Source: Eledone cirrhosa (Eukaryota). Taken from it: 64,000 nt of DNA. The notes beneath the pieces are model-generated. The model had not been told where the DNA came from, made no database searches, and was given only the letters and a program-made list of their open reading frames with translations. Both the position numbers and the translations under genes were made by a program. The DNA lies in the NCBI GenBank assembly GCA_964016885.1, contig OZ024741.1, forward strand, positions 406,162,001 through 406,226,000, read 5' to 3'. Shown one piece after another: positions 50,690-63,459 of this stretch (its first letter is position 1; each line of letters begins with the position of its first letter).

Positions 50690-50729
<40 letters not shown>

Positions 50730-51452
50730 TGCATTTATCTTGCTTTATGTTTATACGAGTTATCACCAAGTCACAACCAGTGACCTCAAGAGACAACAAG
50801 GTCCGCCATGTTCAAGAAAGAACATACATATTCACACATGCATCCTTAGTGTTTAGACTTGTGATGTAATTATATTGACAGGATTTTCCTTAGTATATGG
50901 GCAGTTCCCATTAGTACTATCTTTTGTATTTCTCCTATACGCGGGTTTCCTGGGATTTGCGATAAGTAGTCGTTAGACCCCTTAGGTATCATTCCCAGAG
51001 CGCCTACAACCACTGGTATTGTTTTACTTCTCAATTTCCACATTTTTCCAATTTCTATCTCCAGGTCCTTATACTTGCTCAATTTTTCAAATGTTTTTAT
51101 AGATACATTCTTGTCTATTGGAACAGACATATCAATTAGCAGGCATACCCTCCTTTGAAAGTCCTTCAATATTATATCAGGTCTATTTGCATCTATTTTT
51201 CGGTCTGTTTGGATGCTAAAGTTCCACAAGATTGAGATGTGATCTTTTTCAAGTATGGGAGGTGGTTGATGCTCCCACCAATTCTTTTGATGGGGCAGGT
51301 CAAAATGCTTACACATTATCCAATGTATGTATTGTGCAGCTCTGTCATGCCTGTCTAGGTATTCGGTTGGAGCTATAGGACTGCACATTGAAATTATATG
51401 GTCAATGGTCTCTGGTTGTTTTTTGCATACACGGCATAATGGGCTGCACCCA

Positions 51453-51458
<6 letters not shown>
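50730..51458 (-). mobile_element. 5'-truncated R4/Dong-like element, family A
   Basis: Near-identical to 30491-31222; flanked by (TTA)n. Confidence 0.9.
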
Positions 51459-51491
<33 letters not shown>

Positions 51492-54400
51492 GGCGACCTA
51501 CGTAGGAAATCGTATTATCGTGAGCTCCGCAAAGGTTTGTTATATCCGTTTGTTTAAAAATTGCCATTTATGGAAAATTTTATTGTAAACTGTTTATAAG
51601 CACACATACATTGTTTTCCGAAAAGGACACCCAAAAAGATTGGGGCCTTGTGCCCAAAATTTTAACTTTTATTATTATCCAAAAATTTCTTTGAAAAAAA
51701 AATGGCTAATTCCCCTCTGCACGAAGCAGCTGAAAGCCTTCCTCACAAAATAACACCTCACACCGACACCACCATTGTAAATGTTACTACGTTTGCCAAC
51801 ACAAAAAAAAATATAAGCAGTAGCAATATTTTAAATTTGTCTCAGGCAGACATTCATTTCCCGCCATTACCAATGACTGCAGGTGTTAAACCCTCCACCA
51901 CCACCACCACCGCGACAACCACCACCACCACCACCACCGCGACAACAGAAACAAAAGAAGAAAAAAATAAATTAACTCGTGACGTCGAAATGAAATCAAG
52001 CAAAATGGACTCTTCCCCACCAAAGACGACTGACGTCACCACCACCACAACTGAAAATAAAATTAATATTAACGATAGCAACAACAACAACAATGACATT
52101 ATAAAACCGACCCTCAGTTTCGCCATCGTAGCAAAACAATTCGAAGCGTTCACGGTAACTCAAGAAGATTTAGAAAATGCCAAACAAATGGTAAAGAAAG
52201 ATGGGTACAGGGTCAGCCTCACCCACCCACCCCCCACCCCCACCCCACCTAATAAAATGGAGCATCGGCGCCTGTGCACCGTGTCGTATAGAACAATAAA
52301 TGTAAAATCGCGCCGAGTGGAACGGGCATCCGAGTCCCAAATCCAAAAAGCTTTGGGTCATGTGTGGGCAAGAAAAACCCACATCAGACGTGGGCAAAAG
52401 TATGGAACCGTGGATGTGTTCTTTGAAACACCAGAGGAGGCTAGAGAACACTCCATGGCCCCATTAAAAAGTGACGACCTCACACTCGTCCCAAGCTATT
52501 GTGGTCAGAGACTCGTAAAGATCAGGGTGACCCACGTTCCACCGGCCATCGAAATTCCCTGGCTAATAGCGGCTGTCCTCGCCGGCATCGAAGCCAACAC
52601 GAAAATAATAGCAGTAGCAAAAGAAAAGCAGGAAAACTGGTCCGGATCTGGGATGGAGCTCCTGATCCAAGCGGACCAAAAAAGCATTGAGGAGATCCCA
52701 GAGGTAATAGACCTCACTGACGGCAGCCACCTCACGGTAATTGTCGAGGGCAGAAGACCTAGGTGTGTCGTTTGTGGTGAAGGAACCCACCTAAGGGCTT
52801 TCTGCCCTCAGGCTAAAAGTTTGAGGCCACCTCTCCTACCCACCCCAGTGACACAACCATCAACACCACCAGTAGCAGAGATGGCAGCAACAACTGTAGC
52901 AGCAACAACAGAAGCAACTATAACAGCAACAACCCCAGCAACAGTAGCAAAACCAACACCACTACCACCACCAGCAAAACCGACACCACCACCACCCAAC
53001 GCTTCAGAACTAGCACCAGCGCCTACACCATCCACCACACCACAACCAAAACTAACGGCTGTGGAGGATTTTCCACTCCCCGGCCTATCACAACTGGAGA
53101 CAGATTGTGACGACGAGGAGTGGGAAACGATATCCGGAAAAAAAAAAAAGAAACCAAAAAACAAAAAATTCTCTTCCTTCCCCCTCCAAAAACAAAATAC
53201 AGAGGGAAACAAATAAACTAAGAAACAAAAAAGTTAGGACAGATATGCCACCATCCCCACCAGCATCACCAACCCCATCAACCCAAACACCAACACCATC
53301 ACCATCATTATCCCCAGCACCACAATCACCTACACCACAAAAGTCACCAAAATGCGAAACAGAAACAAACCCACAACAAACGCAAACAAAACAAAACAAC
53401 CAAAACGATACACACTACACAGCATTAAATTTGAACAACAAGCAATTATTACACTACATCCAACACAACACCAGCATCACAGAAAAAGACTACACAACAA
53501 CCCCAAAATTCACACCACCTCCACACATACAAATCACTCGCATCACACAGAAAACGTACATGACACTAAAACAAAAATTCCCCAAAGACATCGGAGACTT
53601 CCGACAAGCACTCTCCAGGAGGATTTATAAGGACATCCTTCCTGAGGAGGCCACAAGCAGTGAAAAGGATGGAAAAGCCGTCCTTCCCCTACGAGAAGTA
53701 AGGTAAGTGGTCTTTCCCATCTTTTCCACTCCTTTTCAACATGACCTCACTCAGAATAGGCAGCATAAATGCGCGTGGCTTGGGGTCGTCATGGAAGCAG
53801 GGCCACCTGCTCAACGACCTCAGGTCACTAAACATAGATGTAGTGGCCATCAGCGAGACCAGAATCTCCGAAGCACAGGCTTTCGCACCGATCTTCGGCG
53901 GCTACGATGTGTACGCATCTCCCAGCCGTCCGGGATCGGGGGGAGGAGTTGCTGTGCTTTTTCGGAGAGGCTTGGATCTTGCCATACGGGCCATCTTCCT
54001 GGACCCAGAAGGTAAGTTGGTGGTGCTGGACGTGACCAGCGGAGACGGGAAAGCTTTCAGGTTAGTGGCCGTCTATGCCCCGACAGGAGCAGGGCGGCCT
54101 GATTTCTTCCGGCGTCTGGAGAGCTTTCTTGGAACGTCCCGCTCTTTAGTGTTAGTGGGCGACTGGAACGGGATCTTAGATGCACGCTGGGATTGTGTGG
54201 GATTAGTGGATAGGGAAGGAGGGTGCAAGAGTCTCACCAACCTGCTCAGACGTTTTGAACTGTCTGACAGGTACCGAATGGATTTCCCGAATGTACCAAT
54301 GTGGACTTGGACAAATCGCATAGGGTCATCCAGATCATATCTAGATAGAGTATTTTGTAGGGAAATAGATAGGTCTAGCATAGGCTGTCCACAATTCAAG

Positions 54401-57400
54401 ATAGTCAGCTACACGGACCACAAATTCGTGATCTGTGTGCTTGACTTAGATAGGCTTCATAGACGAGGATCCGGCTACTGGAAGTTAAACGCGTCCTTAC
54501 CAGCGCGCAAGGCCTACAGAGACCGGATTAGCGAACTAGTTAAGCGGGCGTTGATGAGGGCCATCGTCAACAACAAGTGGTGGTTTGCTCTGAAAAGAGC
54601 GATTAGAATAGAATCGATTAGGTTTAGTAACGCTTTAGCAATAGAGAAAAATAGAGCAGAGGGAGAACTAGTTAGAAAATTAGACGAGGCGCTTAGCAAA
54701 GGCATTGCGACCGACGTTCTTGCGGCGAAATTGGCCCTTGACCAATTCTTCAATGCAAAGCACGAAGGCTGCGTTGTCAGAGAAAGGGTGCGTGCTCTCA
54801 GTCACGAGGGGACGAAAGCCGTTCAATGGGCCCGAGTGGCGGAGGCGCGTCGTGGCAACAAAGCCACGATCCGGTCTTTGGTGGACCACGACGGGCACAT
54901 GCTACTCGATCCCGGGCAAATGTGTGAAGCTTTTCAGCGACACTTCGCTCAACTGTTCGGGGGCAGTGGCGGGCCGGATCGAGGGATGGACTTTAGTGTC
55001 TACCTCAACGGACTGCCGCGGCTTTCGGCCACTGAGGCGGAGTGTTGCGAAAAGCCGATAACAACCGCTGAAGTACGGGATGCAATGACTAGTTGCACAA
55101 GGGGTAAATCGCCTGGTTTGGATGGTCTGCCCTATGAACTTTACGTACAAATGCCAAACTTGTTCGGAGGCCTCTTGGCGGACGTCTACTGCAACTGGCA
55201 ACAGAACGGGAGAATTCCCAGCTCTGTGAGCCGAGGAGCGGTGGCGCTGCTGAGAAAGGATCCGAACAAGGGGGATAACATAGATAATTTTAGGCCCATA
55301 ACTCTGCTAAACACAGAGTTCAAGATTTTGGCCAAGGTGCTAGCAAAGAGGTTGGCGCTTGTCGTTGATGGTCTGGTGGGAGAGGCACAGACATGCGCCA
55401 TTCCCGACAGATCCATCCACGACAACCTCCACCTCATGCGATACATCGTAGAGAGGGTAGCTAGGGAACCTAGCACGGGTGGGTCTTTGATCAATTTAGA
55501 TCAGTCGAAAGCCTTCGATAGGGTCGACAATCGTTACCTAACGGCAGTCCTGAGGGCGGCTGGCTTTGGGCCCGTCTTCAGAGGCTGGATCGCTGCCATG
55601 CACAGCGACATCTGCTCTGTAGTGAGAGTGAACGGTCACCTTTCGGAACCGTTCAACATCATGCGCTCGGTCCGCCAAGGATGTCCCCTCTCGTCCCTAT
55701 TGTACGTATTGACTCTCGAGCCATTACTGCACAAACTGGAGACGTTGAGGGGGGTCCCGCGCGAACTAGGATGCGGAAGATCCGTGTCAGCATATGCCGA
55801 CGATGTCACCGTAGTGGTGTCGAACGCCAAACACATCGAGGCGATCGGCACTACACTAAGAGAATACGAAGCGGTGAGAGGAGCAATGATGAACCAGGAA
55901 AAGTCAGTGGGCCTGCAGCTCGGCACCTGGAGAGGCAGGTCCATGCCGTCCAACAGCGTCGTCGGGCGCTGGACGGACGGACCGGTTAAATTGCTAGGGG
56001 TCTGCTTCGGTCCAGACCTCCAGACGGACAAAAACTGGGACGAGGTGACGAGCAGGGTGGCTTCTCTCACCCAGAAATGGGCCGAGAGGAAGCTATCCCT
56101 GAAAGGTCGAGCGGAGGTGGCTAACGCGTACATCGCATCCGTCATCTACTACCGCCTGACCGTCGTACCTTGTCCTAAGCCCCGCCTGACTGCGCTGGAG
56201 CGTTTGCACTTTCGCTTCTTGTGGAAGGGACGCGCTCCGATGGTCAGGCGGTCCATCTGCTGTCAACACCCGCTACGTGGAGGGCTGGGCATGCCGTGGC
56301 TGATGATGCACAGACACGCGCTCAGGCTACGACATCTCCACCTCTTCCTCGACGGTGATCAGGTGTGGTCTCCGTTTGCAAGACAGGTTTTTCCCCAGCT
56401 CGTCTCCTTGACGGAGCTGCAGTCCTGGGTCAAGCGAAGACCGAGAGGGAGCGCTTGGAGACTGGAATGTCTTCAGGCGCTCACAGCCCTCGACCAATCG
56501 GGCAATGTGATCGGTGGAAACTCCACCTTGGCGTTCTATAGGGGATTAGTGGAGGGGAAGAGCGACGACGTACTTGGAGAAACTCTAGGCGTCGACGAAA
56601 ATCAACTAGCCAATCTCTTCGGAAGGACTTTCGGGCCGGGGCCTATGGACAACTTCCAGAAATCCCTGGCCTGGTAGTGCTACCGAGGAGCTTTGCCAGT
56701 TCGGGATAAACTCTACAGGCATGGAGGTGCCGTCAGCCGGGCATGTCCGAGATGCGCGCAGGGCGACGAAACCGTCCTGCACGCACTCGTCCAGTGTCCG
56801 AGCATTGCTGACTTGTGGGTTTATGTCGAACACCTGCTGTCACGTGTAGGACTGATCCAGCTATCAGCTGAGTCCATCGTGAGGATTGCCCCGCCCTCTT
56901 CCTTTAGCCTGGAAGGGCAGGCAGTTTTTATCTGTCTGGTGGCCATGGCGAAAGGGATAGTATGGTGGACACGTTTGAAAGGGCTGAAGACGAGCACTTA
57001 CCTCTTCGGTGATGCCCTGATTAACTTTTTCAAATTTCATTTGAAAAGGAAAATCAGGGTAGAGAGGGAAGTGCTCTCTTCCCAGCATTTTGTTGAAAGA
57101 TGGATGAGAGAAGCAAGTATGGCCCGAATGAATGGGCCTTCTCTGAGTATGTGTCTGTAAATTAAAGGTGGAAAACTGGGAGAGGGCACTTGCCCTGGTG
57201 GTCAGGGCCACTGTGGTCTTTTAATGGGCTTTCTCCACAAATGTCCCTTGGAAGTCTCCCCCCTATTGGGGAATTTTTCTTTGTTATTTTATTTCAACCT
57301 CTGTTTTTTTACACGCAGAAATGCCCATTTGTACCGTCCTGTATTGTCCTGTACTGTCCTTAATGTCTACTTTATGTGAACCCTTGTGGTTAATAAAGAA

Positions 57401-57402
57401 AA

Positions 57403-57403
<1 letters not shown>
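51492..57403 (+). mobile_element. Tx1-clade LINE, ORF1 type A, full length with few lesions
   Basis: ORF1 51702-53706 with one frameshift in an A-run (~53140); ORF2 53741-57160 with one premature TAG at 56675. Confidence 0.94.
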
Positions 57404-57451
<48 letters not shown>

Positions 57452-57452
<1 letters not shown>

Positions 57453-57638
57453 GCCGTCGTCGTCCACTTATTACTGAGAGGGTCGAGTGGGCAGAGTCCT
57501 CTAACACTCCTTTCAGTGGGTCCTGTCAGACGCAACCATCTCCATCTGATCCAGCTGGATCCCCAAGTGAGACCAGCCAAGCTCATGGATGTTATCCAAC
57601 CATCTTGCTCAGGGTCTACCCCTGGGTCTCCTGCTGGT
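57452..57638 (-). mobile_element. 3' fragment of an RTE-like LINE abutting (TAA)n
   Basis: Minus frame SRRPRGRP*ARWLDNIHELGWSHLGI...ASDR resembles the RTE C-terminal RxRGRPxxRWxD motif. Confidence 0.7.
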
Positions 57639-58357
57639 TAGTTTTTACCTGTAAAATCTGTCCCGCAATTCTTCCACAGACATTCAAAGTACTGATTTTA
57701 TCAAATAAATTATACTTTATTATACACCATCAAAGCAGAAAACTTCCCTGGACATATTAAATGTATTTTCATAAAACAAAATTTGCTTGATTCAAATTAA
57801 TTTTCCTTTTGAATATTTCAAAGAAATATGTTATTAAAAAAAATATAAATAACAGGTATTAAAACAAAAGCAAAAAAACTTCAAAAAGAATGAATATCGA
57901 TCAAAGCAGTGAATATTTTAATAATTGAATGTTCTAAGTTCGATTAATGATTGAAAAAATTTAGATAGTTGTATTGATAGAAAGTCGTAGATAGCTGTAT
58001 GACGTCATCTCTCCTGATTACAACGTTTCTGTTATCCTAGAACAATTTATTGTAATTAAGTAGCATGTGAAGACATATTTTTTGTTGGTTCATAGAAGTG
58101 ATAAACACTGTATAATTAAACGATTGTTTCCATAGCATATATTCCTGAGCTGAGTCTCACCATGGGATAATATTCTCTTAGAACAATACATTACTTCTGG
58201 AGTCAATACAGTGTATTGACTAAATAATTGATTACAGTATTGCTTCTATCTGGCTTGAGAACAATACTAGAACTAATGAATATTATTAAAGAAAATAATA
58301 ACTTCACTGAAGATCATAATAATCACATCGACTGTTATATCAACCCTCGATATATTT

Positions 58358-58790
58358 TGTGCGGCCTAATATTAAGGTCGCTGGACTTAGGATCACAATA
58401 TCATAGGTTCGATCCCTGCGTTGTTTATTGTGTTTTTTAGCAACACACTTTATTCACGTTACCCTGGGAACATTATGGCTGATGGCCACTAACACTAACT
58501 GCTATACTGTTCATTAGATAATATAGTCCTACATAGTGACGGTGTGCGGCCTACTGGTAAGGGTGTTGGACTTACGATCATAATTCCGTGGGTTCGATTC
58601 CTGGGCGTGTTGTGTTATTTAGCAAAACACTTCATTTCATATTGCTCCAGTATTCTCAGCTGTAAATGAGTATCAACAATAGCTGGGAGTTTAACCTTGT
58701 GGTGGACTGGCGTCCGGTCCAGGAGGGAGTCTTGTATTCTCAGTCTTATCAGGTCACAGAAACCGGTATAAGCACCAGCCTGATTAGCGT
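58358..58790 (+). mobile_element. Two copies of the CORE-like tRNA SINE
   Basis: gtgcggcctactggtaagggtgttggac...gggttcgattcc...agcaaaacacttcatttc..ttgctccag; a partial copy lies at 58358-58460. Confidence 0.75.
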
Positions 58791-59324
58791 GTGGGATCAA
58801 GACAAACTTTAGACTTGTATTTTGTTCTAATGCTAGATTACAGAATATATTTATAGTTTCACTGAACACTGAATAGACAGACTAAACACCTTGTCTGTAA
58901 ATCCAAGATTTTATAGGACAAAAAGCAGGAGGTGTTAGTTGGAATAGTTTCAATCCTGTGTTTGGATTTCTTCAGTGACTGAGCACCATTTTAAACTGTC
59001 CATGGGAATGTTTGTAACTCTACTATTACTAAATATTTCAGCCGGGGAAGAATTCCTACAACAGAGAAAACCCTTATTGAATATATCTACATGTTTGTTT
59101 ATATTTACCACTGTATATGGACACAGATATAAACAACTTATTGTTATATACAATCACTAATAAGACTATTTACTTAAGTATAGTCGGTTTATAAGCAGTG
59201 TCTCTATCGATACTTAAAGAGGATATTTATTCGCTGATAAAATTCCATCAAAACTAAAGTCGAACTATGTTTGCAAAAACATTTCTACTGTCTCAAATGA
59301 CAAACAATAATAATAATAATAAAC

Positions 59325-60860
59325 CCAACCAAAGTATAATAATAGCTATATTGTTAGCAACATGACCCTCCCAAAGTATAACAGTAATTATATTATTGGC
59401 AGCTTGACCCACCCAAAGTATACCAGTAATTATGTTATTGGCAACATGACCCACCCAAAGTATAACAGTAATTATGTTATTGGCAACATGACCCACCCAA
59501 ATATAACAGTAATTATGTTATTGGCAACACGATCCACCCAAAGTATAACAGTAATTATGTTATTGGCAACTTGACCCACCCAAAGTATAACAGTAATTAT
59601 GTTATTGGCAACATGACCCACCCAAATATAACAGTAATTATGTTATTGGCAACATGACCCACCCAAAGTATAACAGTAATTATATTATTGGCAACATGAC
59701 CCACCCAAATATAACAGTAATTATGTTATTGGCAACATGACCCACCCAAATATAACAGTAATTATGTTATTGGCAACATGACCCACCCAAAGTATAACAG
59801 TAATTATGTTATTGGCAACATGACCCTCCCAAAGTATAACAGTAATTATGTTATTGGCAACATGACCCACCCAAAGTATAACAGTAATTATATTATTGGC
59901 AACATGACCCTCCCAAAGTATAACAGTAATTATGTTATTGGTAACATGACCCTCCCAAAGTATACCAGTAATTATATTATTGGCAACATGGCCCACCCAA
60001 AGTATAACAGTAATTATATTATTGGCAACATGACCCACCCAAAGTATACCAGTAATTATGTTATTGGCAACTTGACCCACCCAAATATAACAGTAATTAT
60101 GTTATTGGCAACATGACCCACCCAAAGTATAACAGTAATTATATTATTGGCAACATGACCCACCCAAAGTATAACAGTAATTATATTATTGGCAACATTA
60201 CCCTCCCAAAGTATAACAGTAATTATATTATTGGCAACATGACCCACCCAAAGTATAACAGTAATTATATTATTGGCAACATGACCCACCCAAAGTATAA
60301 CAGTAATTATATTATTGGCAACATGACCCACCCAAAGTATAACAGTAATTATATTATTGGCAACATGACCCACCCAAAGTATAACAGTAATTATATTATT
60401 GGCAACATGACCCACCCAAAATATAACAGTAATTATGTTATTGGCAACATGACCCACCCAAAGTATAACAGTAATTATATTATTGGCAACATGACCCACC
60501 CAATGTATACGAGTAATTATGTTATTGGCAACATGACCCACCCAAAGTATAACAGTAATTATATTATTGGCAACATGACCCTCCCAAAGTATACCAGTAA
60601 TTATGTTATTGGCAACATGACCCACCCAAAGTATAACGTAATTATATTATTGGCAACATGACCCACCCAAAGTATAACAGTAATTATATTATTGGCAACA
60701 TAACCCTCCCAAAGTATAACAGTAATTATGTTATTGGCAACATGACCCTCCTATAGTGTAACAATAGTATAAAAAAACTATATTATTGCCAGCATGACCC
60801 TCTTATAGTATAACAATAACTATATTATTAGCAGCATGACTCTCCTATAGTGTAACAATA
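59325..60860. repeat. 42-bp minisatellite, about 35 copies, decaying at the edges
   Basis: Unit ggcaacatgacccacccaaagtataacagtaattat(a/g)ttatt; some units are 41 bp. Confidence 0.95.
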
Positions 60861-61249
60861 ATTATTTTCTTTGTATTTATTCTAGAAATCTTAAAGGATT
60901 TAGTTTCGTCTTTCGGGCTTGGAGAATAGACCAAGAAATTAAGAAATTAGTCATCAATAGTAAATCAATAATCGATATGATAGCAGTACATGTGATAAAC
61001 AATATTGAACACGGGGACAACTTGTTTAGATTTATGTAATAATAATTAGTAAAATTTATGTTTGTAATTAATGAATTCTATTGATGTTCTATTGAAATTT
61101 GTTGTTGACATAAATTGAAAAAACAACAACAAACACAATTGTAAATGCTTTAATTTGTTTCATAAAAAATCTTCACATTCAATACCTTCGAAATAGTCTC
61201 TAATTAAAGCGTGATCCCGTTAGGGGTATGTTGTGTACACAACAATATC

Positions 61250-61513
61250 CCGATAACATATGTCAACACATCTGGACCACAAGTGTGTTGTGTAAACTAC
61301 TCTATATTGATAGCAGATGTCCAACACATCTGGACCACAAGTGTGTTGTGTAAACTACTCTATATTGATAACATATGTCAACACATCTGGACCACAAGTG
61401 TGTTGTGTAAACTACTCTATATTGATAGCAGATGTCCAAAACATGTGGACCATGGTATATGCAACTACAGCACAGAACTGCTAGAAGTGTTGTGTAAACT
61501 ACTCTATATTGAT
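61250..61513. repeat. ~57-bp tandem repeat, 3-4 copies
   Basis: caacacatctggaccacaagtgtgttgtgtaaactactctatattgata. Confidence 0.85.
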
Positions 61514-61979
61514 GACCCCAGCTTGCAGTTCACGATGTGAGAGGCAACGGACCTGCTAAAAACTTTTACTATGGGAGCCAACTAACACAAAACTGGAAGT
61601 CCTCTCCAGACATTAAAGAGAGTCACTGAGGAAGACACAGAATTATCCGGTGAAGAACTGTTGGATCGTGTGAGACGGAAAGGTTTGATCATGTCACCGC
61701 AAAGAAGTGGAGTAAATGCAGTGGCATGGGTGTTAAGGCTACAACTTTTTCACAGACTAACTAAAGCATGCATGATCCCGTAACTCCTGGGGAAGTCTTA
61801 ATGGCACCGTATTGACATACAGCGTCTCTAGAGTATTTAAAAACCTGTCAGAGCTTATCTCCTCTCCAGGTCTGAATACAGCAGATGTATTTTAGAGGAT
61901 AGAGAGAATGAGAGAATGGAAGTGAGAAAGAGATATAAAAGTGGAATCGACCTCCCACACACAAAAAAAAAAAAAATAC

Positions 61980-62402
61980 TTGACTGGTATATTGTTTATC
62001 GACCTGAAATGGATGAAAGGGAAAGATGGCCTCGGTGGGATTTGATCTCGGAGGACAGAAAGCCGGAACAAAAACCGCAAATAATTTTATCCAACATTCT
62101 AACAACTCTGCCAGTTCACTGCTGAACGAAAATATAATTGTCTCTACTTTTGGCACAAGGCCAGCAATTATCCCAGTGTATTACTGGTACTTTATTTTAT
62201 CGACCCCGTAAGAATGAAAGTTAACCTCGGCGGTACAAAGTCAACAATTTTGGGGGAGGGGAAAGTCGATTAAATCGACCCCAGTTCATTACTGGTGCTT
62301 TATTTTATCGACCCCTTAAGGATGAATGGCAAAGTTAACCTCGGCGGGATTTGAACTCAGACCATAAAGGGCCATAACTCTATCGATACTACCAGTCCAC
62401 CA
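61980..62402 (-). mobile_element. Nested or tandem tRNA-SINE copies
   Basis: Reverse complement of the 12568 family (ttttatcgacccc..ggatgaa.ggcaaagttaacctcggcgggatttgaactc). Confidence 0.8.
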
Positions 62403-63233
62403 AAATATAATCTAATGTAAATGACTCAACTAAATAGGAAAAAGGGAGATAACTTAACGTCAGTTTCTACTTCAGTTATTTAATCAACAATAAGAAAACG
62501 GTAACAATGAAATATAATTTAATCTCATATTAGAAGACCCCAGCTGCCTTTTATATCTGAATTATTTTCCTCCTGTGAATAGATTTCATTGAAATCTTGG
62601 TTTTAAATTGGCTTTTCATAATATAGAAAAATAAGAAAGACACAAGATTATGTTATGGCTCCCATAACTGCCGGCTCTTGTTTAAATCATACAAGCGCAG
62701 GTTTAGTTTTGAAACTAATGAGAAAAAAATAATATCTGAGATTCAATTCAATGCTAGATATAGGTAAATAATAAATTTCGTAAGTTATTAATGATGCCGT
62801 CGGGGTCCTGACTCTTTTCCTATATATATATATATGTGTGTGTGTGTATATATATATAGGACAGAAACAAGATTGTTTCTGTCCTACGCCATCTTGTTTC
62901 TGTGTGTTATGAACACACACACAGAAACAAGATGGCGTAGGACAGAACAAAGGAGAGGCACAAAAGCAAAGAAAAGAATCCCCAGTCACTGAAGAGGTAC
63001 CAGAATGTGTGACGAAAGAGCTTTGACAATATATAAACAACCATCTGGTTGTGGAACCAACCAACCGGAAATTTATAAATTCCTAAATTTATAAATTTAT
63101 TATAATAAATTGAAGTGAAAGCAACTGGTGCGTGTGTTTCTTATTGGCAACATGACCCTCCCAAAGTATAACCATATCGGTTTCAACACACGTTTTCAGA
63201 TAAAGAATCTTGCTAAACAAATTCAGAAACGAA

Positions 63234-63270
<37 letters not shown>

Positions 63271-63274
<4 letters not shown>

Positions 63275-63389
63275 TTGTAATATAATGAAACGAAATTTCA
63301 TTTCTCACTCTTAGTACGGCACTTACTTAAATGTAAGTATGTATGTATACGTACATACATATATGTATACAGACGTACAGTAGCATGCA

Positions 63390-63459
<70 letters not shown>

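Noticed and set aside
59721-60661. Repeat-protein ORFs (MTHPKYNSNYIIGN)n
   Set aside because: A 42-bp unit keeps frames open by chance, and 41-bp units shift the frame repeatedly.
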